A stretch of DNA of 64,000 nt from contig JAZKBV010000001.1 of NCBI GenBank assembly GCA_040388415.1, positions 138,369 to 202,368 of the forward strand, written 5' to 3'. This DNA comes from Patescibacteria group bacterium (GTDB taxonomy: Bacteria > Patescibacteriota > Minisyncoccia > Phycocordibacterales > PALSA-1337). Positions 17,702-26,517 of this stretch are shown in pieces (position 1 is the first letter of the stretch; each line of letters opens with the position of its first letter). Position numbers and translations under genes: made by a program. The notes under the pieces were generated by a model that was not told the origin of the DNA, made no database searches, and saw only the letters and a program-made list of their open reading frames with translations.

Positions 17702-18361
17702 ATGAATGACTTACTTGAATTAACTTCTAAACAGAGAGAGTTTCTTCGTTTAAGAATTGCAAAATGGTATGGGCTCGTCAGAGTTTTTGTTCATCCAATG
17801 TTTGAAAGATGGCATTTCCCTCCGGGCGAATATAGTAAACACCCTGATCATAAACGGTTAGTGGAAATTGAAAAAGCACTTTCTCGATTGGTCACGCTAC
17901 CCGAAAGAAAAACGCCACCGATTATAATCATGGAGGAAGATTATCGGTTGGAGAATCTGAAGAACTGGCTCGCTCAAAATCCTTTTGGTCAGTCACAACG
18001 TAATGTTTACTATGTCAGGACCTGGAAAAACACCTCTCATCCACTCGTTGATCCTCACTCGTATTATCCTCCTCAGTGGGAACCATTGGTTAAAAGATTG
18101 GGCTCAGTTGGGGTTAAAAAAATCTTGATGGGCGGGATGCAATTCACGGCTTCGGCTTTTGGAAGTGACTGGACAGGTAAAAGGCCGCGAGTTGATTATT
18201 GTGTTGGTATTGCTCTGTCATATTTATCAAATGATAAGGCAGGTAAATTTAACGTCGATCTCTCCGCTCTTGTTGATTGCTCACGCTCGAGAGAATTTTA
18301 TATTCAATGCGTAAATGAAACCCGCTTGAAAAAACAAATTCAGATAGCCGCATGCCCCTAA
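17702..18361 (+). CDS. hypothetical protein (AT-rich gene)
   Basis: 219 aa, no family recognised. Has its own promoter and terminator. Confidence 0.5.
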   Translation: MNDLLELTSKQREFLRLRIAKWYGLVRVFVHPMFERWHFPPGEYSKHPDHKRLVEIEKALSRLVTLPERKTPPIIIMEEDYRLENLKNWLAQNPFGQSQRNVYYVRTWKNTSHPLVDPHSYYPPQWEPLVKRLGSVGVKKILMGGMQFTASAFGSDWTGKRPRVDYCVGIALSYLSNDKAGKFNVDLSALVDCSRSREFYIQCVNETRLKKQIQIAACP

Positions 18362-18380
18362 AAAGGGATGCGGCTTTTTT
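18343..18380. terminator. bidirectional intrinsic terminator (hyp 17702 / recR)
   Basis: 'AGCCGCATgCCCCtaaaaaGGGATGCGGCTttttttt'. Confidence 0.6.
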
Positions 18381-18386
18381 TATTAC

Positions 18387-19034
18387 CTATTTTCTATTGC
18401 TCAACGCATTCCTTATCGTCTCACTATCTGCATATTCGAGTTCAGCGCCTGTCGAAAGGCCACGACCAAGGATGGTCACTTTGGTTGATGAGAGCATTGA
18501 ATTGCTTGCGGTAACATTTTTGAGTGCATCTCTGACGATAGTCGCCGTGTGCTCGCCGTCAGGTGTCGTATTCAATGAAAGAATAATTTCCTTGATTACC
18601 TGCCTGCCGTCAGGCATGGTTGTTTCTTGGTTTTTGGTTATTCTTTCTAGTAACGTCTTTAATCTGATACGTTTTTCGGGTTCCTTATCGAGTATCGGCA
18701 CGGTACCACCAAGGATAAAATATAACCCCTTATAAGTTCCACTCTTTTCTATACTTTCAAAATCTGAGTCTCGAGCAACGATCATGAGGGTCGAGGCGTC
18801 GCGAGAAGGATCTGCACAGACTGAACAGACAACCTGCTTGGTCGAATTGATGAATAGGCGATGGCACTGCGGACATTCTGAGGTGGCTTTACGAACTTCT
18901 TCAATCAGCTTGATGAACTCAGCGATAGAGGCTGGGGATTTGCCGAGGAGGTAGTATACAAAACGTCGGGCCTGACGTGGGCCGATGCCAGGGAAATGGG
19001 CGAAGAGTTCTTCGAGGCGGTGTAAGCTGTCCAT
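18387..19034 (-). CDS. recR: recombination protein RecR
   Basis: 'MDSLHRLEELFAHFPGIGPRQARRFVYYLL' HhH, a C4 zinc finger 'CPQCHRL..CSVC', and a Toprim domain. The start was moved to the MDSL methionine. Confidence 0.9.
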   Translation of the reverse strand: MDSLHRLEELFAHFPGIGPRQARRFVYYLLGKSPASIAEFIKLIEEVRKATSECPQCHRLFINSTKQVVCSVCADPSRDASTLMIVARDSDFESIEKSGTYKGLYFILGGTVPILDKEPEKRIRLKTLLERITKNQETTMPDGRQVIKEIILSLNTTPDGEHTATIVRDALKNVTASNSMLSSTKVTILGRGLSTGAELEYADSETIRNALSNRK

Positions 19035-19100
19035 GGGTATATAGTAAACAGTAAACAGCAATTAGTAAACAGTTGAAAATTTGTATGCTATGATTTTACG

Positions 19101-19580
19101 ATGAACGACTACTATAAAAATCTCCCTAAAAAACGAATGGGCTCCGGCGCACTATTTTTTAATTCTGAGGGCAAGGTGCTCATCGTAAAACCAACCTACA
19201 AAGATTATTGGGAGATACCAGGAGGCGTAACCGAAAATGATGAATCACCTTGGAACACCTGTGTTCGAGAGGTTAAAGAAGAACTTGGCCTGAGTGTTTC
19301 TGGTACAAAACTACTTTCAATTGATTACATTTCAAATAGTGACGGCAAAGGCGAGCGTTTGATGTTTATCTTTGATGGCGGAGAGCTGTCAGATTCGGAT
19401 ATTAAAAATATTTCCTTACAAGAAAAAGAATTGAGCGAATATCGCTTTGTCACTTCAGAGGAAGCTGTTAGTTTGCTCGGTGATAAATTGAAGAGAAGAG
19501 TGGCGAATAGTATTCTGGTAAGAAAAGAAGATAAAGCTCTATATTTGGAGAATGGCGAACCGGCAGATTATTTTAAATAA
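19101..19580 (+). CDS. Nudix hydrolase
   Basis: Nudix box 'GGVTENDESPWNTCVREVKEELGL'. Confidence 0.85.
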   Translation: MNDYYKNLPKKRMGSGALFFNSEGKVLIVKPTYKDYWEIPGGVTENDESPWNTCVREVKEELGLSVSGTKLLSIDYISNSDGKGERLMFIFDGGELSDSDIKNISLQEKELSEYRFVTSEEAVSLLGDKLKRRVANSILVRKEDKALYLENGEPADYFK

Positions 19581-19581
19581 T

Positions 19582-20214
19582 CTAGTTATGATTATTTAAT
19601 AATTCTCTTACATCTTCATCTTTGAGACAATCAAGCACATTTTGCCAGAGTTCAATATTAGTTTCAGCCCACTTTAAGTAGTTTTGCTTGGCAAAATCTG
19701 TGTAAAAATAAATATCTTCATTTAATAATGGAACCTGCTCATTAACAATTTTTTGTGCCAATTTTGATATATCAATTTCGTTTTCAGTAATATATTTTCC
19801 AGCAAAAATAATTGGAGTAATAGGTAGTGCTTTAAACAAAGTGTCAGCGTCACTTAAAACTCTTCCTTCATCTGAAATACTTAGTCCTCGTGTTTTGGTA
19901 TGTGATTCATTAATAATTTTCTCAATCCAGACAATTTCCTGCTCATCATATCCTGATTCAATCAAGTATCTGTTACGTAAAGTTTTACCTTCTTCAGGTT
20001 CTGAATTAGTTTTGACAATATAATTTAGATCATGAACAAGAATCGCAGATTCAATGATTAACGAGTTGATATTAAGTGAACCTGCAATATTTATAGCTTT
20101 ACTTCTAACAAAAACAATATGGTGCCAACCATGAAAAGGTAATTTATTTTTATTTTCAACGTAAAGTGGTTTGAGTATTTGTTCGAGCTTAACTAATTTT
20201 TCAGATAAAGTCAT
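19582..20214 (-). CDS. HD-domain metal-dependent phosphohydrolase
   Basis: 'HGWHH' H..H pair followed by the 'LVHDL' HD motif. AT-rich gene, convergent with the Nudix gene at 1 bp. Confidence 0.7.
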   Translation of the reverse strand: MTLSEKLVKLEQILKPLYVENKNKLPFHGWHHIVFVRSKAINIAGSLNINSLIIESAILVHDLNYIVKTNSEPEEGKTLRNRYLIESGYDEQEIVWIEKIINESHTKTRGLSISDEGRVLSDADTLFKALPITPIIFAGKYITENEIDISKLAQKIVNEQVPLLNEDIYFYTDFAKQNYLKWAETNIELWQNVLDCLKDEDVRELLNNHN

Positions 20215-20262
20215 GTCTACATTGTATCATGTTAATATTTTTTGGCTTTAGACTACACCTAA

Positions 20263-21663
20263 TCAAAACCCACCAAAATCCGCCTTCTCCATAGACATGA
20301 ATGTCGTCTTCTTACTATCGAAGAAGAGCTTGGCGATACCTGTCGGACCGTTACGATGCTTTTCGATGAGGATCTCGGCTTCTTCTTTGCGACCGCCTTG
20401 GTCGGCATCAGACTCGCGGTGAATGAACATGACGACGTCGGCATCTTGCTCGATAGAACCAGAATCACGCAAGTCGGAGAGGCGTGGCTTACCACCACGT
20501 TGTTCCACAGCACGAGAGAGCTGTGAGAGGGCGAGGACGGGCACTTCGAGCTCACGGGCGAGGTTCTTCAAAGCATGCGAAATCTCAGTGATCTGCTGAA
20601 CAAGGTTATCGTTGGCATTTTTTTGAGGGATTATGAGCTGGAGATAGTCGACGATGATGAGGCCGAGCTTGCCTTCGTTCTTGAGGCGACGAGCGACGGC
20701 GCGCATCTTGAGGATATTGTTGCCTGGCTGGTCGTCGATATAGATAGGCGCTTCTGAAAGGCGCGAGATAGCTTCACCGATGGCTTTGAAGTCTTGATCG
20801 ACTGAAAGGTTGTGACCGGTGCGAATCTTCCATGAGTCGACTTGCGACTCAGCAGCGAGCATACGGTCGACGAGCTGCTGTGAGCTCATTTCGAGAGAGA
20901 AGATAGCGACGGGTACTTTGTGATTGATGGCAGCTTTGCGAGCAATGTCGAGAGCAAGAGAGGTCTTACCCATACTTGGGCGAGCAGCGAGAATGATGAG
21001 GTCGGACTTCTGGAAACCCGCAAGCTTGTTGTCGAGTTCGACGAAACCAGTAGGTACGCCACGAAGCTCGTCGCGCGTCTTGTGGAGATGATCGAGGCGT
21101 TCCCACGCTTCGTCGAGAGTGTCTTTGAGGGCGACGAATTTGTTGGAGCCACTTTTGTTGGTGACAGCATAAAGGGCTTTCTCGGCTTTTTCGAGGATCT
21201 CATGGAGATCAGCCTCTTCGTCATAGCCGAGACCAGTGATCTCTTCGGCAGCCTTGAGGAGCTCACGCATGATGTGCTTGTTGGCGACCATTTCGGCATA
21301 GTGGTGGGCGTTGGTTGATGAGGGAACTGAGTTGATGAGCTCAGAGAGGTATGCCATACCACCAACGTTCTCGAGAGCATTCTTTTCTTTGAGGCGTGCT
21401 GAGACGGAGAGGAGATCGATCGGCGTGCTTTTGCTATGAAGTTCAAAGAGAGTCGTCCACACATGGCGGTGTTGGTTGCTGTAAAATGCGCGGTCAGTGA
21501 CGAGGTCGAGGATATCATGCATGACTTCAGGACGGATCATGATCGAGCCGAGGAGGGCTTTTTCAGCTTCGAGCGAGTGCGGTGGGATCTTGAGATCTTT
21601 TGCTTTGAGGTAAGGGGAAGTGGTGGCCATGGAAGTATTTTTTGTAATTGGTTTTGTGAGCAC
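20263..21663 (-). CDS. dnaB: replicative DNA helicase DnaB
   Basis: N-terminal 'PHSLEAEKALLGSIM'. Walker A 'ARPSMGKTSLALDIA'. RecA-fold motifs throughout. Confidence 0.9.
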   Translation of the reverse strand: MLTKPITKNTSMATTSPYLKAKDLKIPPHSLEAEKALLGSIMIRPEVMHDILDLVTDRAFYSNQHRHVWTTLFELHSKSTPIDLLSVSARLKEKNALENVGGMAYLSELINSVPSSTNAHHYAEMVANKHIMRELLKAAEEITGLGYDEEADLHEILEKAEKALYAVTNKSGSNKFVALKDTLDEAWERLDHLHKTRDELRGVPTGFVELDNKLAGFQKSDLIILAARPSMGKTSLALDIARKAAINHKVPVAIFSLEMSSQQLVDRMLAAESQVDSWKIRTGHNLSVDQDFKAIGEAISRLSEAPIYIDDQPGNNILKMRAVARRLKNEGKLGLIIVDYLQLIIPQKNANDNLVQQITEISHALKNLARELEVPVLALSQLSRAVEQRGGKPRLSDLRDSGSIEQDADVVMFIHRESDADQGGRKEEAEILIEKHRNGPTGIAKLFFDSKKTTFMSMEKADFGGF

Positions 21664-21817
21664 ATTTTAGCATGAGTGCCGGTGGGAAATTTTCAAAATG
21701 GGAGGTCAAAAAGGGGAAAGGTTGTGGATAAATACTTTATTGAAATTTGAGTGCAACTTTACCGTTTCTTGAGAACTTTTTGAGAGGAATTTTATCTTGA
21801 ATTGGTAGGGTTATTTA

Positions 21818-22189
21818 GTGTCATTTGAATCACGGGCCCATTTTATAAAAGATGCAAGGAATACGTATAAACGGATAAAGAGCGTTTCTTGTCCGGCGTT
21901 TAACTATGAACTTATTTATTTTAATAAACACGGATTTAATCATCTTATTTCAAAACAGAGGTTGCTCAGAAGTAAGAATGAACAAGCAAGAAGAATCAAT
22001 TTGTTACCACATGCAGTAATTCTTATTGAATCCGTGCATAAAATATGTGGATATAAGAAAACTGTTGTTGATTCTTCAATAGGACACTTCTGGACATTAA
22101 AAGGGAATATCGAAGGTAAAAATATTCGCGTTATCATTCGACAGCTAAACCAGGGTAATAAGCACTTTTTCAGTGTGATGGATGAATAG
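21818..22189 (+). CDS. hypothetical protein (AT-rich islet gene 1)
   Basis: 123 aa with a GTG start. No family recognised. Confidence 0.45.
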   Translation: MSFESRAHFIKDARNTYKRIKSVSCPAFNYELIYFNKHGFNHLISKQRLLRSKNEQARRINLLPHAVILIESVHKICGYKKTVVDSSIGHFWTLKGNIEGKNIRVIIRQLNQGNKHFFSVMDE

Positions 22190-22368
22190 CACAAAACCTC
22201 CCGGAGGAGGCTTGTGACGCTTGCTATCAACAATTGTGCCGATCGAATCATCTTGGTTTTGAAGCCAATGACTCGCAAACGTATGGAAGCATTTTAGTAT
22301 TTCTTGGATAAGGAAGTCAAGTAAATTATGTAAAGAAAAACCACATGATTTTTCAAACATATTTATCA

Positions 22369-22394
22369 TTGACAAATATAGTATTTTGTAATTA
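22369..22394 (+). promoter_or_regulatory. sigma70-like promoter (TTGACA-N14-TGTAATTAA)
   Basis: 'TTGACAaatatagtatttTGTAATTA'. Closely resembles the promoter at 17618. Confidence 0.35.
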
Positions 22395-22426
22395 AATAGA
22401 GAAAAACAAAAAGCACTTTTTAAATT

Positions 22427-22993
22427 ATGAATACTGAGTTACTCACGCAGGGTAATTATGCTCATGGACTGTCTCTCTATGGCCAATTTAACATGGAGAT
22501 AGGTTTTCGTGAGCTTGAAACTTATAAAAAACCAACGCCGCAATCATCACACTGTTACGAGCATTATTACCATCCCTTTGGTCTTGAGCGCCCAGAGAGC
22601 ACTCGGTTTGTCGGCATTCAGGATCAACCGGAGTTGTCTTATAATCTCTTCATGATCCATCTGCATTCTTACTTTAGGAACTATGCAGAAGGATGCAAAG
22701 ATACGCGTCTGCTGCGAGTGATTACCTTTAAAGATGATGTAAATTCGATCTCGCTCAGTCCCTCCGTTTTCTTTGAAATTAGAATGGGAACAAAATATCG
22801 TGATCGTGGACATCTCTTCGGTGCCTATGCTAATGAAACAGGGGCTTATCGGTTCATTCGGGAAAAGACTGATGTCTTTGCTTTTATTGCCAAGATTACA
22901 GATTTGAAAGTCGAGTTTCATGAAGTCCGTCGTATCGAAGTTCCTGATTTATATCTTGAAACTAGTCCCGTGGAAATTCTACAGGCAAGTTAA
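22427..22993 (+). CDS. hypothetical protein (AT-rich islet gene 2)
   Basis: 188 aa. No family recognised. Confidence 0.45.
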   Translation: MNTELLTQGNYAHGLSLYGQFNMEIGFRELETYKKPTPQSSHCYEHYYHPFGLERPESTRFVGIQDQPELSYNLFMIHLHSYFRNYAEGCKDTRLLRVITFKDDVNSISLSPSVFFEIRMGTKYRDRGHLFGAYANETGAYRFIREKTDVFAFIAKITDLKVEFHEVRRIEVPDLYLETSPVEILQAS

Positions 22994-22997
22994 TTTC

Positions 22998-23034
22998 ACA
23001 GCGCGCCAGCATTAGTTGGCGCGCTTTTTATATA
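22998..23034 (+). terminator. intrinsic terminator
   Basis: 'cAGCGCGCCAgcattagtTGGCGCGCTtttttat', a perfect 9-bp GC stem with a T tract. Confidence 0.75.
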
Positions 23035-23093
23035 CTAAATTATTCATACTGATGTTGCCATTTCCCCAAAAACGTGCTATCTTCGGTCTACTT

Positions 23094-25754
23094 ATGTCAG
23101 CTGCTCACTCTCACAATTCGCGCCCAGAAAAGTCTGATAAAATCGTGCGCAGAAACTCATCTATCCACGGCGAAGACCGCCTGATCGTCAAAGGGGCGCG
23201 TACCCATAACCTCAAGAACATCACGGTTGAGATGCCGCGCAACACCATGATCGCTATCACTGGTCTTTCTGGCTCAGGGAAATCATCGCTTGCGTTCGAT
23301 ACTATCTTTGCTGAAGGTCAGCGCCGCTACGTCGAGTCGCTCTCAGCCTATGCTCGTCAGTTCCTCCACAAGATGCAGAAGCCTGACGTTGACGAGATCA
23401 TCGGTCTCTCGCCAGCGATCTCTATCGACCAGAAGTCTCGCTCGAACAACCCGCGCTCAACAGTCGCGACTATCACCGAGATCTACGACTATATGCGTAT
23501 CTTGTTTGCGCGCGTGGGCAAGCCGCATTGTTTAACCTGCGGACGCCTCATTCACCGCATCTCAAAAGAAGAAATCCTTCAGACTATCCTCAAAACCATC
23601 ACTGAGAAATCTCTTCGCGACAAAAAAGTCTTTGGCGTCGAGTTCAGCGCAGCTAAAGTCGGCATCTACGCGCCAGTCGTTGTCGGTCGCAAAGGCGAGT
23701 ACTATCAGCTCCTCTATGATCTCCTCGGCAAAGGCTATGAGCGCGTGCGCATCGACGGCGTGCCTCATAAACTCCGCGACCAGATCATTCTTGAGAAAAA
23801 CAAAAAGCACGATATCGATGTGCTTGTCGATGAGCTGTTCCTGAGCGAATTCAAAGACAAGAAAAATGCTGACAATGCCAAAGAACGTCTCTCAGAAGCC
23901 CTCGAACGCGCAGTCCAAGAAGCAGACGGTCTGATCAAGATCCAGTACCCGGGACAGGTAGATGGTAGTGAAGTCCTCATGTCGGTCAAGTTCATGTGTC
24001 CATACGACGGCTTTTCATATCCTGAGATCGAGCCAAGACTTTTCTCATTCAACTCACCATACGGCGCCTGTTCAGCATGTAACGGTCTTGGCACAGAAAC
24101 TATTTTCTCTGATGATCCCTGTAAGGTCTGTATGGGCGCACGTCTCCGCCCAGAAGCACTATTCGTAAAGATCGGCGAGCAGAACATCGTCGATGTCGTC
24201 AACATGTCTATCGAAAAAGCGGTAAAGTATTTTGAAGAGATCAAACTAACTGACTCAGAAAAGGAAATTGCCAAAGTTGTCCTCAAAGAAATTGATGCGC
24301 GTCTTTCATTTATGATAAACGTGGGTATCGAATATCTCACCCTCAATCGTCGTGCACACACATTGTCCGGCGGTGAAGCTCAGCGTATTCGTTTGGCGTC
24401 ACAACTTGGCTCTGGCCTCGTCGGCGCTTTATACGTCTTGGACGAACCAACTATTGGTCTTCATCAAAGAGATAATGATAAACTCATAAAAACTCTTTTA
24501 CATTTGCGCGACATCGGCAATACCATTATCGTCGTCGAACACGATGAGGATACAATGTATGCCTCTGACTATATCGTTGATATTGGTCCCGGTGCTGGCG
24601 TACATGGTGGTGAAGTTGTCGTGGCAGGATATCTCGATGAGCTTCTCACTGCAAAAACTTTGCCGAAGGGTGGTGGCAAAGAGTCGCTCACTCTCGCATA
24701 CCTCCGTGGTGAAGCGAAGATCGCTGTGCCGCATACACGCCGCGAACCAAAAGGGAAGATCATCATCCGCAATGGCCACGCTTTCAATATTAAAGATATG
24801 AATGTTGATCTACCTCTCGGCGTCCTCAACGTCATCACCGGTGTCTCTGGTTCAGGCAAGTCATCGCTCATGTATGAGATCATCCACAAGAACCTTGCAC
24901 GCAGACTTGAAGCCCGTGTTCGTTCAAACGAAGTAGTTAACGCTTCAGAATTTAAAGGATCAGAGTACCTCGGTCGCGTCATCCTCATCGACCAATCACC
25001 AATCGGTCGTACACCTCGCTCGAACCCTGCGACATATACCGGCGCATGGACTCATGTTCGTGATCTCTTTGCATCAGAGCCTGAAGCTCGTGCACGTGGT
25101 TGGACTGCCAGCCGTTTCTCATTCAACCGTCCCGGTGGACGCTGTGAAGCATGTGAAGGTAATGGTGAGATCGCTGTTGAGATGCACTTCCTCCCAACGG
25201 TCTATGTGACCTGTGAAGTCTGTGGTGGCAAGCGCTTTACCAAAGAAACATTGGAGATAAAATTCCGCAAGAAGAATATTCATGAAGTGCTTGAACTTAC
25301 TATCGAAGAGGCGCTCGAATATTTCAAAGATATCCCGGCAGTTGAAGATCGCCTGAGTACGCTCATGGAAGTGGGTCTGGGCTATGTAAAGCTCGGTCAG
25401 TCAGCAACGACGCTCTCCGGCGGTGAAGCTCAGCGCGTCAAGATCTCATCTGAACTCTATCGTGCGCATATGCAAAAGACGATCTATCTTCTCGATGAAC
25501 CAACCGTTGGTTTGCACTATGAAGACGTCAAGAAGCTCATTGAGATTCTTCAGAGACTCGTCGAGAAGGGAAATACGGTTGTAGTTATCGAGCATAACCT
25601 CGATCTCATCAAGTGTGCAGACTATGTCATCGACATCGGTCCCGAAGGTGGTGAACGTGGGGGTACTATTGTTGCCAAAGGAACTCCTGAGGATGTGGCT
25701 AAGAGTGAAAAGTCATATACGGGTAAATATTTGAAGAAGGTGTTGAAGAAATAG
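23094..25754 (+). CDS. uvrA: excinuclease ABC subunit A
   Basis: Two ABC modules with Walker A '[14 protein letters not shown]' and '[10 protein letters not shown]'. Zinc-finger Cys clusters. Signature 'LSGGEAQR' twice. The start was moved downstream of the terminator that overlaps the ORF-track start at 23016. Confidence 0.9.
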   Translation: MSAAHSHNSRPEKSDKIVRRNSSIHGEDRLIVKGARTHNLKNITVEMPRNTMIAITGLSGSGKSSLAFDTIFAEGQRRYVESLSAYARQFLHKMQKPDVDEIIGLSPAISIDQKSRSNNPRSTVATITEIYDYMRILFARVGKPHCLTCGRLIHRISKEEILQTILKTITEKSLRDKKVFGVEFSAAKVGIYAPVVVGRKGEYYQLLYDLLGKGYERVRIDGVPHKLRDQIILEKNKKHDIDVLVDELFLSEFKDKKNADNAKERLSEALERAVQEADGLIKIQYPGQVDGSEVLMSVKFMCPYDGFSYPEIEPRLFSFNSPYGACSACNGLGTETIFSDDPCKVCMGARLRPEALFVKIGEQNIVDVVNMSIEKAVKYFEEIKLTDSEKEIAKVVLKEIDARLSFMINVGIEYLTLNRRAHTLSGGEAQRIRLASQLGSGLVGALYVLDEPTIGLHQRDNDKLIKTLLHLRDIGNTIIVVEHDEDTMYASDYIVDIGPGAGVHGGEVVVAGYLDELLTAKTLPKGGGKESLTLAYLRGEAKIAVPHTRREPKGKIIIRNGHAFNIKDMNVDLPLGVLNVITGVSGSGKSSLMYEIIHKNLARRLEARVRSNEVVNASEFKGSEYLGRVILIDQSPIGRTPRSNPATYTGAWTHVRDLFASEPEARARGWTASRFSFNRPGGRCEACEGNGEIAVEMHFLPTVYVTCEVCGGKRFTKETLEIKFRKKNIHEVLELTIEEALEYFKDIPAVEDRLSTLMEVGLGYVKLGQSATTLSGGEAQRVKISSELYRAHMQKTIYLLDEPTVGLHYEDVKKLIEILQRLVEKGNTVVVIEHNLDLIKCADYVIDIGPEGGERGGTIVAKGTPEDVAKSEKSYTGKYLKKVLKK

Positions 25755-25804
25755 CAATACGAATTTGCCAATAAAACGAATGGTACGAAAAATACAAATA
25801 AAAA

Positions 25805-25840
25805 ACCGAGCGGATGAGCCGTTCGGTTTGTGTTTGTGCC
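25805..25840. terminator. bidirectional intrinsic terminator
   Basis: 'aaaaaaCCGAGCGGatgagCCGTTCGGtttgtgtttg' (one G.U pair), flanked by an A tract and a T tract. Confidence 0.6.
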
Positions 25841-25843
25841 ATG

Positions 25844-25978
25844 TCAGTGAAACAAATGGACAAGGAAATAGATGCCTCCGACGATGATCGCCAATACAAT
25901 AGAAATAGAAAGCGGTATGCCCCATTTATACGATTGATTACCACCAAATTTCTCTTGCAGATCACGTATCAGTCTCAT
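25844..25978 (-). CDS. putative 44-aa tail-anchored membrane micro-protein
   Basis: MRLIRDLQEKFGGNQSYKWGIPLSISIVLAIIVGGIYFLVHLFH. Its ATG overlaps the TGA of the upstream gene as an ATGA overlap. Below the 60-aa ORF-track cutoff. Confidence 0.3.
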   Translation of the reverse strand: MRLIRDLQEKFGGNQSYKWGIPLSISIVLAIIVGGIYFLVHLFH

Positions 25979-26427
25979 GCATACCTCCGTTCCGCATCAG
26001 AGCCGCCATATTTCCAACCCAGATTTTCCTCATGTTCAGGTGTCCAAGTAATGGTGATTTCTTCAGTGCATGTGCGCACGACGCCGACGATGCTACTGAT
26101 CACGATCACCACCAGATAACTGCCAAAGATAATCCCTAGTGGAATCAAGATTACTCCAATCCCAAGGGCGATTTTTCGTATAGTTTCCCGAGGTGATTCC
26201 TTCGTATCTGGAGTTTTGAAAAGCTCGATGACAAGGACTGATATCATAAAGATAACGGTAACCGTGACCATCCAGTCATATTTCACGAGCATGTAGATAT
26301 ACAAGCACATCAGGCCGAGCACTGCGATGGCCATGCAACAGGCTAAAGTGAACCAAACCATGGTTGCACTTGATGTGCTCCATTCTTTCGTCGGGCGAAG
26401 GTCGTTGAGGGGAGTGTCTTGTTCCAT
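25975..26427 (-). CDS. hypothetical integral membrane protein (3 TM)
   Basis: ORF track 25975..26790. The start was moved to ATG 26427 (MEQDTPLNDL) because the longer version overlaps the divergent uvrC. Hydrophobic helices 'MVWFTLACCMAIAVLGLMCLYIY', 'VTVIFMISVLVIELF' and 'IALGIGVILIPLGIIFGSYLVVIVISSIVGV'. Confidence 0.55.
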   Translation of the reverse strand: MEQDTPLNDLRPTKEWSTSSATMVWFTLACCMAIAVLGLMCLYIYMLVKYDWMVTVTVIFMISVLVIELFKTPDTKESPRETIRKIALGIGVILIPLGIIFGSYLVVIVISSIVGVVRTCTEEITITWTPEHEENLGWKYGGSDAERRYA

Positions 26428-26517
26428 ATAGGATCCTTTCTCGTTGTGGTTTTTTGTTTGAAGCGTTTGTGTGAATGAAACTTGCGAACCGTCCGTCAAT
26501 ACCATACTCTTAGCATC

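Noticed and set aside
20886-21518. 210-aa Ser/Thr-rich minus-strand ORF and 132-aa plus-strand ORF inside dnaB
   Set aside because: They are alternative frames of the DnaB coding region. DnaB motifs occupy the main frame.
21738-21746. Replication origin at the dnaB upstream region
   Set aside because: Only a single perfect DnaA box is visible, with no cluster or AT-rich unwinding element. It is treated as a possible regulatory box only.
23562-24988. Several antisense or alternate-frame ORFs inside uvrA (e.g. 23765..24361, 24569..24988)
   Set aside because: They are embedded in the uvrA frame, which has unambiguous ABC motifs.
25814-26119. 101-aa plus-strand ORF
   Set aside because: It overlaps the bidirectional terminator and the minus-strand membrane-protein genes. 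Its composition is implausible.
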